Counted from the stretch's first letter, positions 40,736-55,307 are shown. The stretch: DNA of 64,000 bases from Syncephalis fuscata S228 (GCA_025786725.1 JAHLTZ010000054.1:36839-100838); one strand, 5' to 3'. The notes: generated by a model from the letters alone, not told the origin. Program-made: numbers and translations.

Positions 40736-43700
40736 GTAGTGCATTATTAGTATAATATTAGCATGCTTATCAATTAAAATTTAATAGTATTATGCAGCAA
40801 ATAAGCTGCTATGCAAATACAGTAGTTATTTTTAATCCATTACTTAAAATACCATAATATATTAAACAGTGATATTTAAATATGCTTTCTTATATAAGTT
40901 AATACTCAGATACATAGTGTATGCATTTGGATAAATTTACAGTTTAGAGTAATGTTTTAAAATATATAAAGCTCCCACCTTGTTGTCATTACTACATCAC
41001 CACCCTATAACATTATTATATTAATACACTTAACCATACATGCATAAATAATATTGTAAATAAAGCAGTGTACGATATGTAGTAACTGTTAAAATAGCGC
41101 AATGAGTTGTTTCGCATTGCACTGCAGTTCCAGATAATACCCGAGTGCAATAAAAACAGTCGATACACTGAATTCAAGGTGTGACTTCAATAAAAATACG
41201 AAACAATCACTGCGCTATATAAAACACCCAAACTGCGCTCCACTCGCTCCGTTTTCAAACAACGTAACATTACATTATTGCGTGGTCTAACCAATCCCGT
41301 ATGGATGATCCACAGCTGGGCTAAAGAAGCTATTTTAATAGTGCAAATAATATTATGATATTGGCAACATGTAAGCGATAATCCTTCAAAACACTCATAT
41401 GCAAGCTGCAAGCTAGCAGTGAACTGCCAATAAATAGCTTTGTTATATACGACATCGCTATATACTCATTACTGCAATAATTGCACTATTGCAGCAATTG
41501 GTTTTGTAGTGCCATGCCAAAAAGTATGGCCCCTTTGAATATTTATATTGGCCACCACGATTACGATAGTCGCCTTAGCAATATCCGTCAACAAACGTGC
41601 TGTCCGTCTGTTACAGCTTGTAACAAGAGAATATACAGACAAACAGACAGACACGCATTGCACACTACAGCATTGTATAATATTGGACAATTCTTGGGGT
41701 GTCTATTTAGTACACAACTTGTCTGGCGAGTTAATAATACTATACGCATCTGCGCATATCAAAATCAGACAGTCTAGAGCGCACTAGACCATAATTCTTT
41801 GCAAATGCGAAGTTCAAAGTAGCTCGCCTATTCTGTAACAAGAGTAGATAACGGTAAAATGAAATAGGAGAAGAAATAGCGCTTAAAATGAGCAGCATAG
41901 GCGAGATCCAAGTTGGATAGCCAGTGTAAGACAAGAACATGTTCATGGGTCAATTAATGATAATATGCATGACCATATTAATAAACTTGAATAGCGACAT
42001 ATTTATAAAACATCAGTAGTTATCGTTATTTTACTATGAGACATTGTTAATGTAATTTTAATAAATATCATCAAACAAATCATTATATTTAGTGATCAAT
42101 AAAAAACAGCAAATTACGGCCATTGATTTACTAGCTAATTCCAGCAGTCTGTAACCAATTGTAACAGCCATCTTTTTGCTTCAAACTGTTCATATGCTAC
42201 GAATGAATGATTGATAGACACAATAAAGTTATAAATTATCAACTCCGGTTTGTATTTATCATCATCGCTGCTAATAAAGCTAGCAAAAATTCACATCCAA
42301 ATAACACAAAGTTCATAATATTCATGCCCGCTCATTACCTCCAATAAAACAGCTTTTTCGTAATTACATGAGTAAATATTTTTATTGCCAGTTACCGTGA
42401 ATTGTATTTATGTACTGCCGAGATGATTTTAATCCCGATAAAAAGTGGGGGAGTCTTCAAACATAACTTCCGACAATTATATGAAGATAACGGAGCAGTG
42501 GAGTAGAACGTCCAATTGATTACTCCGCCTTACTGCTTCACACATGGCGTTTGAAAACATTCTGTTTGGTTGCTAAAGGCCCCCATACTTTACCTGAGTT
42601 ATAACATTTCTACACTCTGCTTCATTAGCATGTGAACACTACTATTCTCGGCATTAACTGCGCTGAAAACAAAAATCCTAAACATGAATTTAGTGGTGCG
42701 GATGTTACACCGGTGTTACTAAACTTGATCATCTGAACAAATAAATTAGGCAAGTGCAACGAGATAGAGCCGCTTTTTTTAAATAGCGACCCTTCACTTC
42801 GTATATTAGAGCAGCTGCTGGCACGCTCTTTTTCGGCCTTTTTCATCTCGTTCTTGCTTTCTCGTCTTTTTCTCCTTACCTTCCTCCCTTACCTCGTCCC
42901 TTCTTACGTGCGCCTTTTTTTTCAACGACCACGACCACGACTAGCTATTTCTATAGCTTAAAATTTTTTGGACGTACGTCTTCAGCTAACTAACTACTTC
43001 CTTACGAATTTGAATACCTTGATTTTTGTCTGCAAAGTATTGACGTTTTTTTGTTGGTCTTCTACGAAATATAACAACAAAAGCAATAACAGCAACAACA
43101 ACAACACGATAGTTTTATCCTCTCTCCCAAACAGCGTTAGCGGTTTTTATTAGCCTAACCTAACAGTTCCTTGTCGCGGTAAGTGGTCGTCAATAATTGT
43201 ATTGTTGTATCTGATTTGTTTCATATCTTGCTGTACCTGGCGTTGTTATTTCTACAATAATAGACTAGTAAAAAGGTAAGCATCAGTCAATGGACAGCTA
43301 CTGTTGTATTGTGACTTCAATTCCACATCGGATTGGCATTATTAAAGCCAATAGACGCCAGTCGTTTAACCTACTGATATGCATTATCTCGGTTGGCTGG
43401 CAAATCAACCAACGAATGAATTGGCAATGTTGATATGGCTTAGTTAATTCAGGGGCCAATTTCCTATGGATGGTTACAACACCATCGCCTCCACAACGCC
43501 TTATCAAATTTATTACACATTTGTAAAGATAGTGCTTTCTTTTTTTTACTTGGTTACGCTTAAATACAAGTGCTTGCCCACATATCGCTGGGCATGTGCT
43601 TTGATATCATTAATAATATTGGTATTACTTTCCTTCCTTTACAACGATCAACTACTCTTGTATGTTGTCCGCTTTTCTTTCGCTATCCTGTATTTGCACT

Positions 43701-44015
43701 CGCCCTTCTTGCTTTGTTTTGTCTTAGCTGCATATTTCACATATTCTACTGGCTTTTTGGCCAGTACACGCTAGTAGCATTCCTACATTTATCCATTAAT
43801 CAATTGATCAATTGTTTGGGTTTGTTTACTTACACTGTGTATCTATACGCATATCTGACTTGTTTCTCTGTTGTTTCGACACTTGTTCCATTGATTATAT
43901 TATTGCTTGTGTTAAAAAGGAATTGAAGTCATTTTTGTTGATTTCTAGGTATTTACCATTAAATACGGCCATGTCTTATTAACATCTTTTATTAGTTCAA
44001 TTAGGTTGAGTTAGC

Positions 44016-45517
44016 ATGCCTGGTGCCTACATGATCCTCACCACACTGGTGGCTGCCATTGGTGGCCTCCTGTTGGCTATGATGTAGGCGTCATCAGCGG
44101 TGTACTTGTGATGGACCACTTCAAGCACACATTTCCATTTTCATCTGAAACAGATAAAGGATTGACAGTCAGTGTGCTTTTGATCGGCGCATTTGTCGGT
44201 TCATTTTGTGTCTTTTACGCAGCCGGTAAGTATTTAGTTAAAGCAAAATAATTTGGATTGATTAACAAATAATATCAACTATTTACGTAAATATAGATCG
44301 TGCCGGTCGTCGCCTTACATGTATTGGTGGTGCACTTATTTTTATTTGCGGTGGTCTAATGCAGACTTTTGCCGATGGATTCCATTATTGAAAGCGGGTC
44401 GTTTTATCTCTGGCCTGGCCATTGGTATTTTGTCGATGGTGGTACCGCTTTATTTGTCTGAGGTATCACCCAAAGACTATCGCGGCCTTGTTGTGTCAAT
44501 GCAACAGCTAGCCATTACCGTCGGTATTCTCATTGCCTTCTTTGTCAACTATGGCACTGCTTCCATTGATGGCAATTCCAGCTGGCGCATTCCATTTGGT
44601 CTACAAAATATCTTTGCTCTGCTTATGGCCATTGGTATGGTTTTCCTGCCATCTTCTCCCCGTTGGCTCATGTCTCGAGGTCGTGTTGACCAGGCCGCCC
44701 AATCATTGCGTAAACTACGTGGCGACAATGGCATTTCCGTTCAACAGGAACTTGATGAGATTCAAGATTCTATTCGCCTAGAACGTGAAGTTGGCGACGG
44801 TGGCTGGCGTGAATTGATTGCCAATGGCATGTGGCGTCGTGTACTTATTGGCGTTATGCTTCAAATATTCCAGCAACTTACCGGCATTAACGCCATTATG
44901 TACTACGCGCCAGATATTCTGAAATCGGCTGGCTTTAGCGAAAACTCTGTTACCTTACTGGCTACCGCCGGGAGTGGTATCGTTAACGTGCTCATGACCA
45001 TCCCCGGTATGTATCTCGTTGATCGTGCTGGCCGTCGTGTACTACTCTTGGCCGGTGCTGCTGTTATGGCCACAGCCATGACCATTTCCGGTGTTATGAT
45101 TGCTGTATACTCACCAGATTTCAAGGTACACGCCGTACCTTGGGTCTGCCTCATCATGCTTTATCTATTTGTTGCCGGTTTCGCTCCTAGCTGGGGCCCA
45201 ATGGCTGGATCTACCCATCAGAGATCTACCCATTGCGCATTCGTGCCAAGGCTATGTCGTTGACCACCTCGTCTAACTGGTTGTTCAACGCATTGATAGC
45301 TCTTGTTGTACCAGAATTCCTTTCTGCCGTACCTTGGGGCGCATTTATCACTTTTGCCGTCTGTTTGGTAGTTATGGCCATCTGGGTCTACTTCACCTTG
45401 CCTGAGACCAAGGGCAAATCTCTTGAAGAGATTGATGCACTCTTTGGCCAGGAAGGTATCAGCTCGCCACTTGAAGCCAAGCTTGCCATGAACATGCCAA
45501 AAGCTGGTGGCCATTAA
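44016..45517 (+). CDS. MFS sugar porter (hexose transporter family); several single-base frameshifts
   Basis: AAIGGLL(F)GYDVGVISG, DRAGRR, GRFISGLA, PLYLSEVSP..RG, QQLAITVGI, PSSPRWL, QQLTGIN, VDRAGRR, PETKGKSLEEI; one intron 44226-44296. Confidence 0.92.
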
Positions 45518-46241
45518 GTTGGCCACGCGTGTAAATGAGTGACCAGCACGATGAAAATAACTCTGGGCGAGGTTTCATCACTATTTAGTTTTCCCAACTC
45601 TTGTTCAACAGCCTTGCCGCCATTACCGTCTATACTGTCCGATGCATGCATTTGACATCAATCTTCAGCTATTAAGTTAACGCACGCTTTGCCCGACTAT
45701 TCGTACCGACTTTCAAAAACTTTACGCGTTCGTTATTCCATACATAGCACATTGCTAAACATGACTGCAAACAGCCCCTGGCGGGCTTTCTCTTGTTTAC
45801 TCTCCATCTTTGTCTACCTCTTTGCCTCTCCCTTCAGTTACCTTTGATTCTCATGCTTGCTTCACAAATTTACTTGCAATTGTGCTTTTCTTTGATTTTT
45901 ATGCAGTTGTCAAAAATGATATTTCAAATGAGTTTTTATTTGATAACTATGTTGTTTGTCAACTCAATGTTGCTTTGAAAACTGTGCCGATACATTCATG
46001 AATGATGCTATTTGTTGTTTAAGTAAAACATATACAATGAATGAAATGATTTAAGTTTACCGTTGTACAACTATAACTTTTTCAAAGTGTATTGATAATG
46101 TTACTGATTTACTGAGCTATTAACATTTAATTGAAATGCATTATTACATTAACATAATACGAGTAAACTATCAAATTAATTATTATAGCCATAAAAACAG
46201 CCAACATAAAGATCTATGAACACAGATTTTAAACCAACCTA

Positions 46242-48189
46242 TCAGGTCATGGCTACGCGAGCAAGAATGGAATCCAGCTGCTTGCGATATCCCAAGTGTC
46301 CGCTGATTAAGTCTTGTAAGTCAATTGATTCAATACCTGCCACGTCGATTGGTTGAAGGCCGGCCACCTTGAAATGAGCATCATGCACTCGACATAAGAA
46401 AGCTAGCACCCAGTCGTTGTCTGCATAACCATTGACAAACCGCCTAGCTACTACAGATCGTGCTTTCTGCCAAGGAGATGGCTCATCGCTAATAGGAGCT
46501 CCCAATAAAACAACTATTTTACAATCAGTTATAATTGCCATCTACTAATGTGTTACTTACCTGAATCAATGACGCCATAACAGCCACGGTCGGCCAATAC
46601 CTGAAGGCATTCAAATATTGCTAGCGCACCCACGAATAACCGACTAAACTTATCGGACGATGCCCTTGAATACGCTCCTGAAGAACATCAGCCAAGACGT
46701 GACCAGCTTTACGTGCTCGATCAACGGCCATGCCCCAAGGATTGTCAATTAGCTTGCCTGCTTTTACAAGTGCCATCGGCCAAGCTAAAGGTGCCATGAC
46801 AGCGGCCAGCAGTGTATGTTTTAACACTTGACCAGCGGCAAAAGTAGCTGCTTCGGTAGCTAAAAACTCGCGGAATGCCTTGCCTAGTTCTTGCAGCACC
46901 TCAGTATCATAGGCCAAAGCATAGACATCACGATCCGACAAATGAGCAGCACAAGGCGCTCTCCAAGGCGTTGCAGCATCCGTATTTGCCTTTAAGTAAC
47001 CCGGCACGACAATAGTGGCGTGCAACGACGGAATAAGCGGTAATTCTACGTCGACTAGTGGTATAAAAGCAAATTCTTTTAATCCGCCTGTACGTCTTGC
47101 CGTTTTGTAGCCCGCTAAACCTCCACCAGCAACGCCAAACAGCGATGTAACTACCATAATGCCGCCTGCCGTGGCAATAACATTGGCTCCAACAATACCC
47201 AATGCGCCCATACCAACTGCAAGCATTGGAGCAGCCAATCCGCCAGTAAGGCCAAGTGCAGCCGCACCAATAACTACCGAAGTGCCTGTGGCTGTCCATC
47301 GCAATAATCTGCTTTGTTTATTACGATTTTTAACCGCTTTTTTTAGCGATAGTGCCATTGCTGCAACTTTAGACCGACTAGTATCATTTTCGTTGTCGCT
47401 TTCATCGCTATAAGATCCATTTGCCTCTGCTTCAATCATTTCTCTAGAAAAATAAAGTTGCTGGGCAATCCAGCGTTCTAGCTGACACATACGCTCGAGA
47501 GATAGACCAATTTGATCGGCCAAATAGTACAAGACAGCTCTAGAACGTGCGTCGTACTCACCAGGTTCTAATGCACCCTTCTGGCTTTTTGATTTTAGCT
47601 TGCTTTTATCAGTTGTTTCGGCCTCCTTTACAGCTTCGGAGAGTATACCAATATACAATAGTATCAATTCTAGCATTACTTTTTCACGATGCGTCATACT
47701 ATCCGGTGCTATTTTGGCAATATTTGCTTGTGCCAAAGTCGATGTTATTTCTTCGACCTCTAATTCAATTGTTTTATTTTTGACTTCCGCGGTATCCTCA
47801 ACCACTACAGCCATTTTATCATCTGTCTTTGGCACGGCATCGAATATACGACGTACCATTTCGCCAATATCTTCATCGCTTAAATCATCTCGTTCCATGT
47901 TGGCAATAGCTATTTTTACTGCATTTACATATTATTAAACATCCAATAGACACATTATTTAATTACCTGCCGGATCACAAACTCCCAAATGCTGGAACAG
48001 CGTCTCCATAAATTGTTTCTCCCAGTTGGATATATTACATTCTAATTTTGTTTCCGTCACAAATAGGCATAGTCGCGCTAGCAGCATTCGTTTTGTATCG
48101 GGCAGCTTTGGTATTGCGGCTTCTGGAAACAACAATGCCATATCTTTTTTATCGGGTTGTGCATTATCGCTCTCTGTCATTTTGGTCAT
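46242..48189 (-). CDS. DUF726/TMCO4-like alpha/beta-hydrolase membrane protein
   Basis: YDARSR, G.TGGLAAP, SLFGVAGGGLAG, LIDNPW..A.DRA.KAG.VLAD.L, RPISLVGYS, ARSVVARRFVNGY...DWVL, GHLGYR. Confidence 0.88.
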
Positions 48190-48940
48190 TTTGAATTGAA
48201 AAATAAAAAAGTGTAAGTATCCGTTTTTGTAATGCCCAGAAATGACGATATGCTAAATAAAGAAATTCTTAAAAATCTCAAGTTTTGTAGTACAAGCAGC
48301 TCTTAGTGACAGGCCTTATCTTTACATACGAGGAGTTATTTATTTTGAGCCCCTTACTTGTTTTTGAAAATAAAAAATATGCAAACAATTTGTATCAGTT
48401 GCATATGAAATGAATGTCTGCTATTATGTTTTATATAAAAATGTAGCTTAGAATAGATGTGTTTATAAGTATTTATTTAATATTCAATAAACAATGTTTT
48501 TTATATCTGAATCTAACGTTTAACAACTTAATTGTCAAGTATAGTATTATATTTTATGATAATGACATTTCTTTATTATTTGTTATCTAATCTTCTTATT
48601 TTACTGATAACATTGTTATATAAATATACTTGATTTTATGCAACTGATTTCTATTGTTTCTTTTATTTTGTCACTTGAACAATTCCCTCATCTGTACTTC
48701 AATTTGTTCATGGCCTTTTTATGTACAATGCCATTCAATTGATGACTTGTATATATCATATTGTATATATCATCTCATTTATTAATTAAATAAAAATACC
48801 CATTTTTTTGTAAGCATTAAACAATTTATTAATAATTAGTGTAATTTAGGGGTCGAATAATTACATTTAATAACATTCATACATTTAAATTAAACTTTTT
48901 TTTATCGAACATGAAACTAGGAGTAATTCACATTAGGGTC

Positions 48941-49700
48941 CAAAATACTCATCATTATAGATTTATGATCTAATACGCATATGCTCAGTATAAATATATA
49001 CTCTATTCACATATATCATTCCCATTCTATTTCACATTAATATATATCATTTTATACTCATTTGTCCTTTCTCTACCCAAAACTGTTTTTATTTTATTCT
49101 AGCTTTATTACTAATAAATTTCAACTAATTCCGCTTACGGATCATGCATATATACGCAATAATGGTAACATAGCTAATCGTCATTTAATATTGCATGTTT
49201 ATTATACTCCATATCATTTTATTATCTAGTGTATACGCACTAGCTAGTACAGTTGTCCTTTTGGTTCTAGCACTATTATTAATAAATCTCGACTCATTTA
49301 TCTCATTCATTTAGCAAACTATATGTAATTGAGGCCTATAACAATAGAATGTACCTGATATATCATATAATGGTATATAGTAGTATAAAATAAAATGGAA
49401 ATAATATAGGTAAATAGGGGATATATGTGTACTGGATATATGCGTACTGGATAACGAATCTATGATGACGAGTATTTGATGACTGATGTCACTCACCACC
49501 CATCATCATGTTCAATAGATTGGGTGTTATTAAATATTAGTCATTTGTCCCCCAAAAAAGCAATAAGTGTGATGATGTGACGATTAAATAAAACTCACCA
49601 CTTGTCCCCATGTTCAATAGATTGAATGTGCAGTGCAATTGCGCGAATGTTATTAAATTTAGTTATTTGACACCGAATCACATTAAATAATTAATAAAAA
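48941..49700. mobile_element. MITE/foldback-like non-coding element with ~120-nt imperfect inverted arms
   Basis: Reverse complement of 48941-49060 aligns with 49360-49480; further family sequence to 49700; no coding capacity. Confidence 0.6.
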
Positions 49701-49780
49701 ACAATTTATTTAGTGCACAAAACTAAATACATGTTTAAAAATCATCGTCTAATATTGATGTTAGCTATTATAATGTATTG

Positions 49781-50469
49781 TTAGTATGTACTTACCAAGT
49801 TTGTTGCGCTTGCTTTCTTCAACTTCATTCTCTGAAGCATAAGAAAGCTGGCGCTTTTCGACCTTGGAAAAAGCAGGTTTAACTGACTTTGTTGCTTCCT
49901 GCTCTTCTTTGGCCGGTTCTTCTTGCTTAGCTGCTTGCTTATCTTCAGCAACCGAGTCTTTTTGCTAACCAATGCTTCTTCTTGTACATTCTGCACCAGC
50001 TCCTTTGCTGCTTCTTCCACTTTTGCTTCTTCATTCTGATCATCTTCTTGTTGAACTAGCTCTTCTTCTGTGCCAGTTGCTTGTTTTTGAGCCACTTCTT
50101 CTGGCTCTTCCTTGTCCGTGTCTTGGATTGGTTGAGCGCTGTCCTTTAGTTTGGTCAGTTCAGTTTGCTCGGTTTCTTCGTCTTCTTCCAGGTCCTTGAG
50201 TTCTTCCAATAGCTGAGGGTCGCGATACCGCTCAACCAGCGTTTTGAATGGCTCGCTGAGCCATGAATTCTTTAGCGCCATTCCAGCCGTGTATCTGGCC
50301 GATGGGCTTGAATTCAACAAAGCAGCTATGAATTCTATAGCTGCAATTGTATTAATAAATTGTATAAATCTAAACCATATTACTTACCTTGATCTGTAAC
50401 AGTCTTCCACACTTGACCGCTGAACTGAGGCTCATCATTTATCATCTTGCGTACAAGAAAGTGAATATC
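49781..50469 (-). pseudogene. 3' remnant of a Ser/Thr (CAMK-like) protein kinase with acidic tail, cut by an LTR
   Basis: Spliced DIHFLVRKMINDEPQFSGQVWKTVTDQ|AIEFIAALLNSSPSARYTAGMALKNSWL = kinase subdomains X-XI; coding sequence starts abruptly at the LTR edge (50469/50470). Confidence 0.75.
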
Positions 50470-50786
50470 TGTAACCGTAGATACAGCGAACTGTTGCGGT
50501 TACTACGAGTCACAATACAATAATGTATATAAAAATAAAAATGAATATTGAAAGTGAACTAATTGTCTTTATTAATTGTTAATATTATGCGCGTTTTTAT
50601 ATTGTTTTAATTGATATATCGGATATCTAATTAAAACAATGCATGAGAAAATAAAAGAGAAGATAAAAGAGAAAATAAAAGATATTCACTTCGGCATGGG
50701 CCCTGTGCTATGATCGATGTATTGAAACACCGATCATAGTATCGGAAAAGGGAATAGTAATTTAGTGTGTGAGGGATTTTGTTACA
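50470..50786 (-). repeat. 3' LTR of element 1
   Basis: TG...CA ends; adjacent polypurine tract (plus strand cccccctccctctc, 50790-50803). Confidence 0.92.
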
Positions 50787-53700
50787 ATACCCCCCTCCCT
50801 CTCAGGCGCTTGCCCCAAGTGCTAATCGTATGTGTGTGGAGTGTTCGTATTGATTTAATAGTTCTTGAGCATTTTGCAAGTTTTCAATTGGCTCCCAAGA
50901 ACTGTCATCTTTTGAGTATCCTTTCCATTTTACTAAGTATTCCTCCACGTCATTCATCCCCACTTTTCTTGTTCTTCTACCTATTATTCTTTCCACTTCC
51001 CACTCAGCTTGTCCTTCAATCATTTCTGGCATAGGCATAGTAATTGCCGTTGGTCGTCCTGGAAATACGTTCGGATCTTTGTACCTGGTAAGCTGAGAGA
51101 TGTGTATAACTGGGTGAATGCGCATGCCTGGTGGTAGTTCGATCTTGTACGCGGTCGGACTAATGACCTCTATGATAGTGTACGGGCCAGTTTTACGTGT
51201 ACGAAGGGCGGAGTTTGACTGTTCTGCTACGTGTCGTGGCATTGTGTGTCGTGTTGACAGCATTACTCGATCACCTATTTGGAAGGTGTCATCTCGACGT
51301 CGTTGGTTAGCATATTGTGCCTGTCTATCCTGAGCGTACGATATGTTGTCTTTTACCGCCTTTTGTATCGCTTCTAGTCGCTGTAAAAACTCCTCAGCTG
51401 CTGGTACTGTTATATTATCGCTATCAGCTGGCATGGTCGTTGTTATTGGATGACGTCCATATAAAGAGAAGAAAGGTGTAATACCAGTAGTAGCGTTAGT
51501 ACTATTGTTATAGGCAAATTCTAATGCAGGTAAGTATTTATCCCAATCATCTTGTTGTTGGCTAATAACATGACGTAACATTTCTTCGATGGTTCTGTTG
51601 GTTCGCTCAGTCTGGCCGTCAGTCTGTGGATGATTAGCAGTTGATCTGGCTAATTTAGTACCGGTAAATTCAAATAAGGCTTCCCAGAATCGGCTAGTAA
51701 ATCGTGGGTCACGATCAGAGATTATGGATCGTGGAAGACCATGTAGACGATATACATGGTCAAAGTATAGTCGTGCGGTGTCAACAGCTGTGACAGTGTT
51801 GGTAGTAGGCACGAAGTGGGCTTGTTTACTAAAGCGGTCAACTACTACCATTAACGCATCTGCACCTTTTTCAGTGAGTGGTAGATGTGTAATAAAATCC
51901 ATACTAACTGAGTCCCATGCATATGCAGGTATTTCAAGTGGTTGTAATAGGCCACCTGGTCGTCGATTAGTGGCCTTATTACGTTGGCAAGTATCGCAGG
52001 AAGTGACATAGCGGTGGACGGTGTTGTGTAGCGATGGCCAGTAAAAATGGCGATGAATAGCCAGGTATGTTTTGTCTACACCTAGATGGCCGGCTACGAT
52101 GGCATCGTGATGATCGTGTAGTATATCTTGACGTAATTGGTTATTTTTAGGTACACATAATCGATCACCGTTGAAATATAACAATCCATCAGTTAGTCGA
52201 TACTTGGCTAACTTGGTACGAAGAGCTGGAAGTGGCGTTCAGCGGGCTTCATTTTGCGCGAATGATAAGCAATGGGGTGCCAATGACCATCACGATCTTG
52301 CTGCAACAAGGCAGCACCTACAGCAAAGCCAGAAGCATCGGTTTCTACACGGAAAGGCTGATGTACGTCGACTATTTGTAATACTGGAGCTTGGGTCATT
52401 GTCTTCTTTAGTATATCAAATGATTTTTGAGCTTCAATGGTCCATAAGAAACGACGATCTTGACATAGTAGATCGGTAAGTGGTGTGGCTATAGCAGAGT
52501 AATTTTTAATAAACTTTCTATAGTAGTTGGCCAAGCCTGTAAAAGCGCGTATATCAGTGACGTTTCGTGGTGTAGGCCAATCAGAAATGGCCTTTATCTT
52601 AGCTGGATCAGCTTTTACACCATTAGCACATAGCAAATGGCCTAAATATTCAACTTCATCCTTAAATAATTCACATTTTGACCATTTGGCGTATAAGTGG
52701 TTGTCGCGAAGTATTTGTAATACTTGGCGTAGGTGTCGTTCGTGGTCTTCTGGTGTTTTACTGTAGATGAGAATATCATCCAAATAGACAATAACACATT
52801 TGTCTAGTAATGGTCTAAATAGATAGTTTACCAGTGTTTGAAAACTGGATGGTGCATTACTTTGACCAAAACTAACTACTAGCCATTCAAAGTGACCATA
52901 GCGGGTGCGAAAGGCCGTCTTGGGTATATCCTCTTCTACTACACGTAGTTGATGATAAGCAGAGCGTAGATCTATCTTAGAAAAGACAGTTGCGCCTAAC
53001 ACTTGGTCGAATAAATCTTCAATCCTTGGCAATGGGTACTTGTTCTTGATAGTGATTTTATTCAGCGCTCGATAATCAACACACATGCGCATACCACCAT
53101 CTTTCTTCTTGACGAAAAGAACAGGCGCACCGTAGGGCGATATACTAGGACGAATATATCCCGCGTCAAGTAATTCGGTAAGTTGTGTTTTAAGTTCTTT
53201 AAGTTCCAGAGGGGACAATCGGTATAAGGCGTTACTGGGTGGTGTTGCGCCTGGTATCAAATCGATACGATGATCTAATCCATCACGTTTTGGCGGCAAT
53301 TGTTTCGGTAGTTTGTCGGGAAATACGTCAGCAAAGTCGTTGCGTAATCCAGTCAATACTGGAGTGATGGATGGGTCATTTGAGTGATTAGCAACTTCAT
53401 TTAGCGGATTATCGGCTGGTCGTACAATGGCTAGATGTAATTCATCTGTTCGTTTAGCATAGCGTTTAAATTGCAAGGCAGATAATGGCAATATGGTTGG
53501 TTGTCTATGTGCATTTGCTTGCCATACAATGTGTCGATTATCATGCATAAACGTAACAGTGTTAATTAACCAATCTATCTGTGGATTATAGCGGGCTAGC
53601 CACGGTTTACCGAGTATTACGTCGTGTTCTAAAGGAACAACCAAAAACGATAAACGGTCTTTGTAACCAGTGGAAGTAAGGAGCGCACCAGCCAGTTGGC

Positions 53701-55290
53701 GGTCACACGTATACGAACGGCCATCTGCCACGTGTACGGTCGATGGGTATTTAACTTTATGGGTGTGTGCGCGAATATGTTTCACAAGATTTGCGGATAC
53801 AAAGTTATCAGCTGCTCCACTATCTATTAGTACCGTAACTTTTCTACCTAATAAACGAGCATTGATACGTAATAAATCGTGAGCGTGTGGATATTTTGAC
53901 AATAAACTTTGTTCCTTTAAAAGTGCATCAGTGTCATCAACAACATTAGCATGAGGTAATAATGGCGCAGAAACAAGCAATTCATCATCAGAAGTAAGCG
54001 AGAGAAGATCGGGGTGGCATCAACAGAAATAGTATTTAGTTGGGCACCAGTAGGTTGTGATGCTGACACTACTGGTGCTGGACTTTTCCCGTATTCAAAG
54101 GACAAAAACGCATGATGTGGCCATATTGGCGACAGCGGAAACAGCCGCCGTTTTGTCGTAACGTTTCGCGTTCAGCATCAGTGAGTGGGGTAACCGATTA
54201 ATGGTGTCTAGTTCCATTGGTATAGGGCCATTTCTTGGTTGTGTGTTAATCGGAGGGCGAAACTGTTGTTGTTGCGTTGGACGAGGTGTGTTATGGCGAA
54301 CGTTGTTAGTTGCTGATTTGCCAATGTACTTGCGTAACGAATCAAAATGAGTAGCCACTTCTATGGCTGATTGTAATGTAGACGGTGTAGCTTTTTGTAC
54401 TTCGTATTTAACTTCGTGATTCAGTCCATTAATAAACATAATACGTAAAGCTAACTGCCACATTTCGGAATCAGGCATAGGAAAAGTGTGCCTTAAATTG
54501 TTAAATTCTAACGTATAATCATTGACACTTTTGTTGGCTTGTCGTAACATGTGAAGACGACTAAAAGCGTCTTCTTCTACCGAAGTACCGGGACAGATGT
54601 GTTGGCGTAGTGCGTGAGCAAACGCACTCCAAGTGGTATATGGATGACTATAGTCACCGTCAGAGTGAATAGTATTACTCTGCCACCAACTAGAGGCAGT
54701 GCCATCTAAATAAGTGGCGGCTACTTCGATGCGTTCAATTTCATCAGGGATATACCTGACATATTGCCGTGCACGGTACAACCAAGTCTCTACTGAAATA
54801 TCCTTATCATTGCCGTTGTATCGTGGCGGGGCAGATGGACGAGCAGTAGGAGGGGCAGTGACAGAAGTAGATGGAATAGCGGCAATAGCAGCGGCAGTAT
54901 TGGCAGCGGCAGTAACAACAGCATCGGCAGTAGCAGCATTATTTTGGGACACAATTTGCGTTACCAAACTTGAAATAAAGTCAGCGTTGGTAACGAAACT
55001 TGTGTTAGGCAATTCTGGGTTCATAATGGGTGTTATTTCTTCTTGAGTATCAGTAGTGTATTCGTTCGTGTGGCTTGTGATCGGTGGTTCGTACTGGGTA
55101 TCGGTGTATTCGTTCGTGTGGCTTGTGATCGGTGGTTCGTACTGGTTATCTGGGTATCGAAAGGTTACTGGTGGATCTTGGATGAGTTCGTCGGCGAAAG
55201 ATTGACGGGCTTGTTCGTGGTCGAAGTATTTCGCACCACGTCGTTGGTTCATATCACTGTAAGTCAAGGCAACGAGGTGGATAGGTTTAA

Positions 55291-55307
55291 ACTACCCGTT
55301 GCTACCA
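55291..55307 (-). promoter_or_regulatory. Primer-binding site, complementary to a tRNA 3' end (initiator-Met type)
   Basis: Minus strand TGGTAGCAACGGGTAGT two nt inside the 5' LTR; ...GCTACCA is the fungal tRNA-iMet acceptor end. Confidence 0.8.

Noticed and set aside
55056-55145. 48-nt tandem duplication in gag (YEPPITSHTNEYT x2)
   Set aside because: Real, but an ordinary low-complexity gag N-terminal repeat
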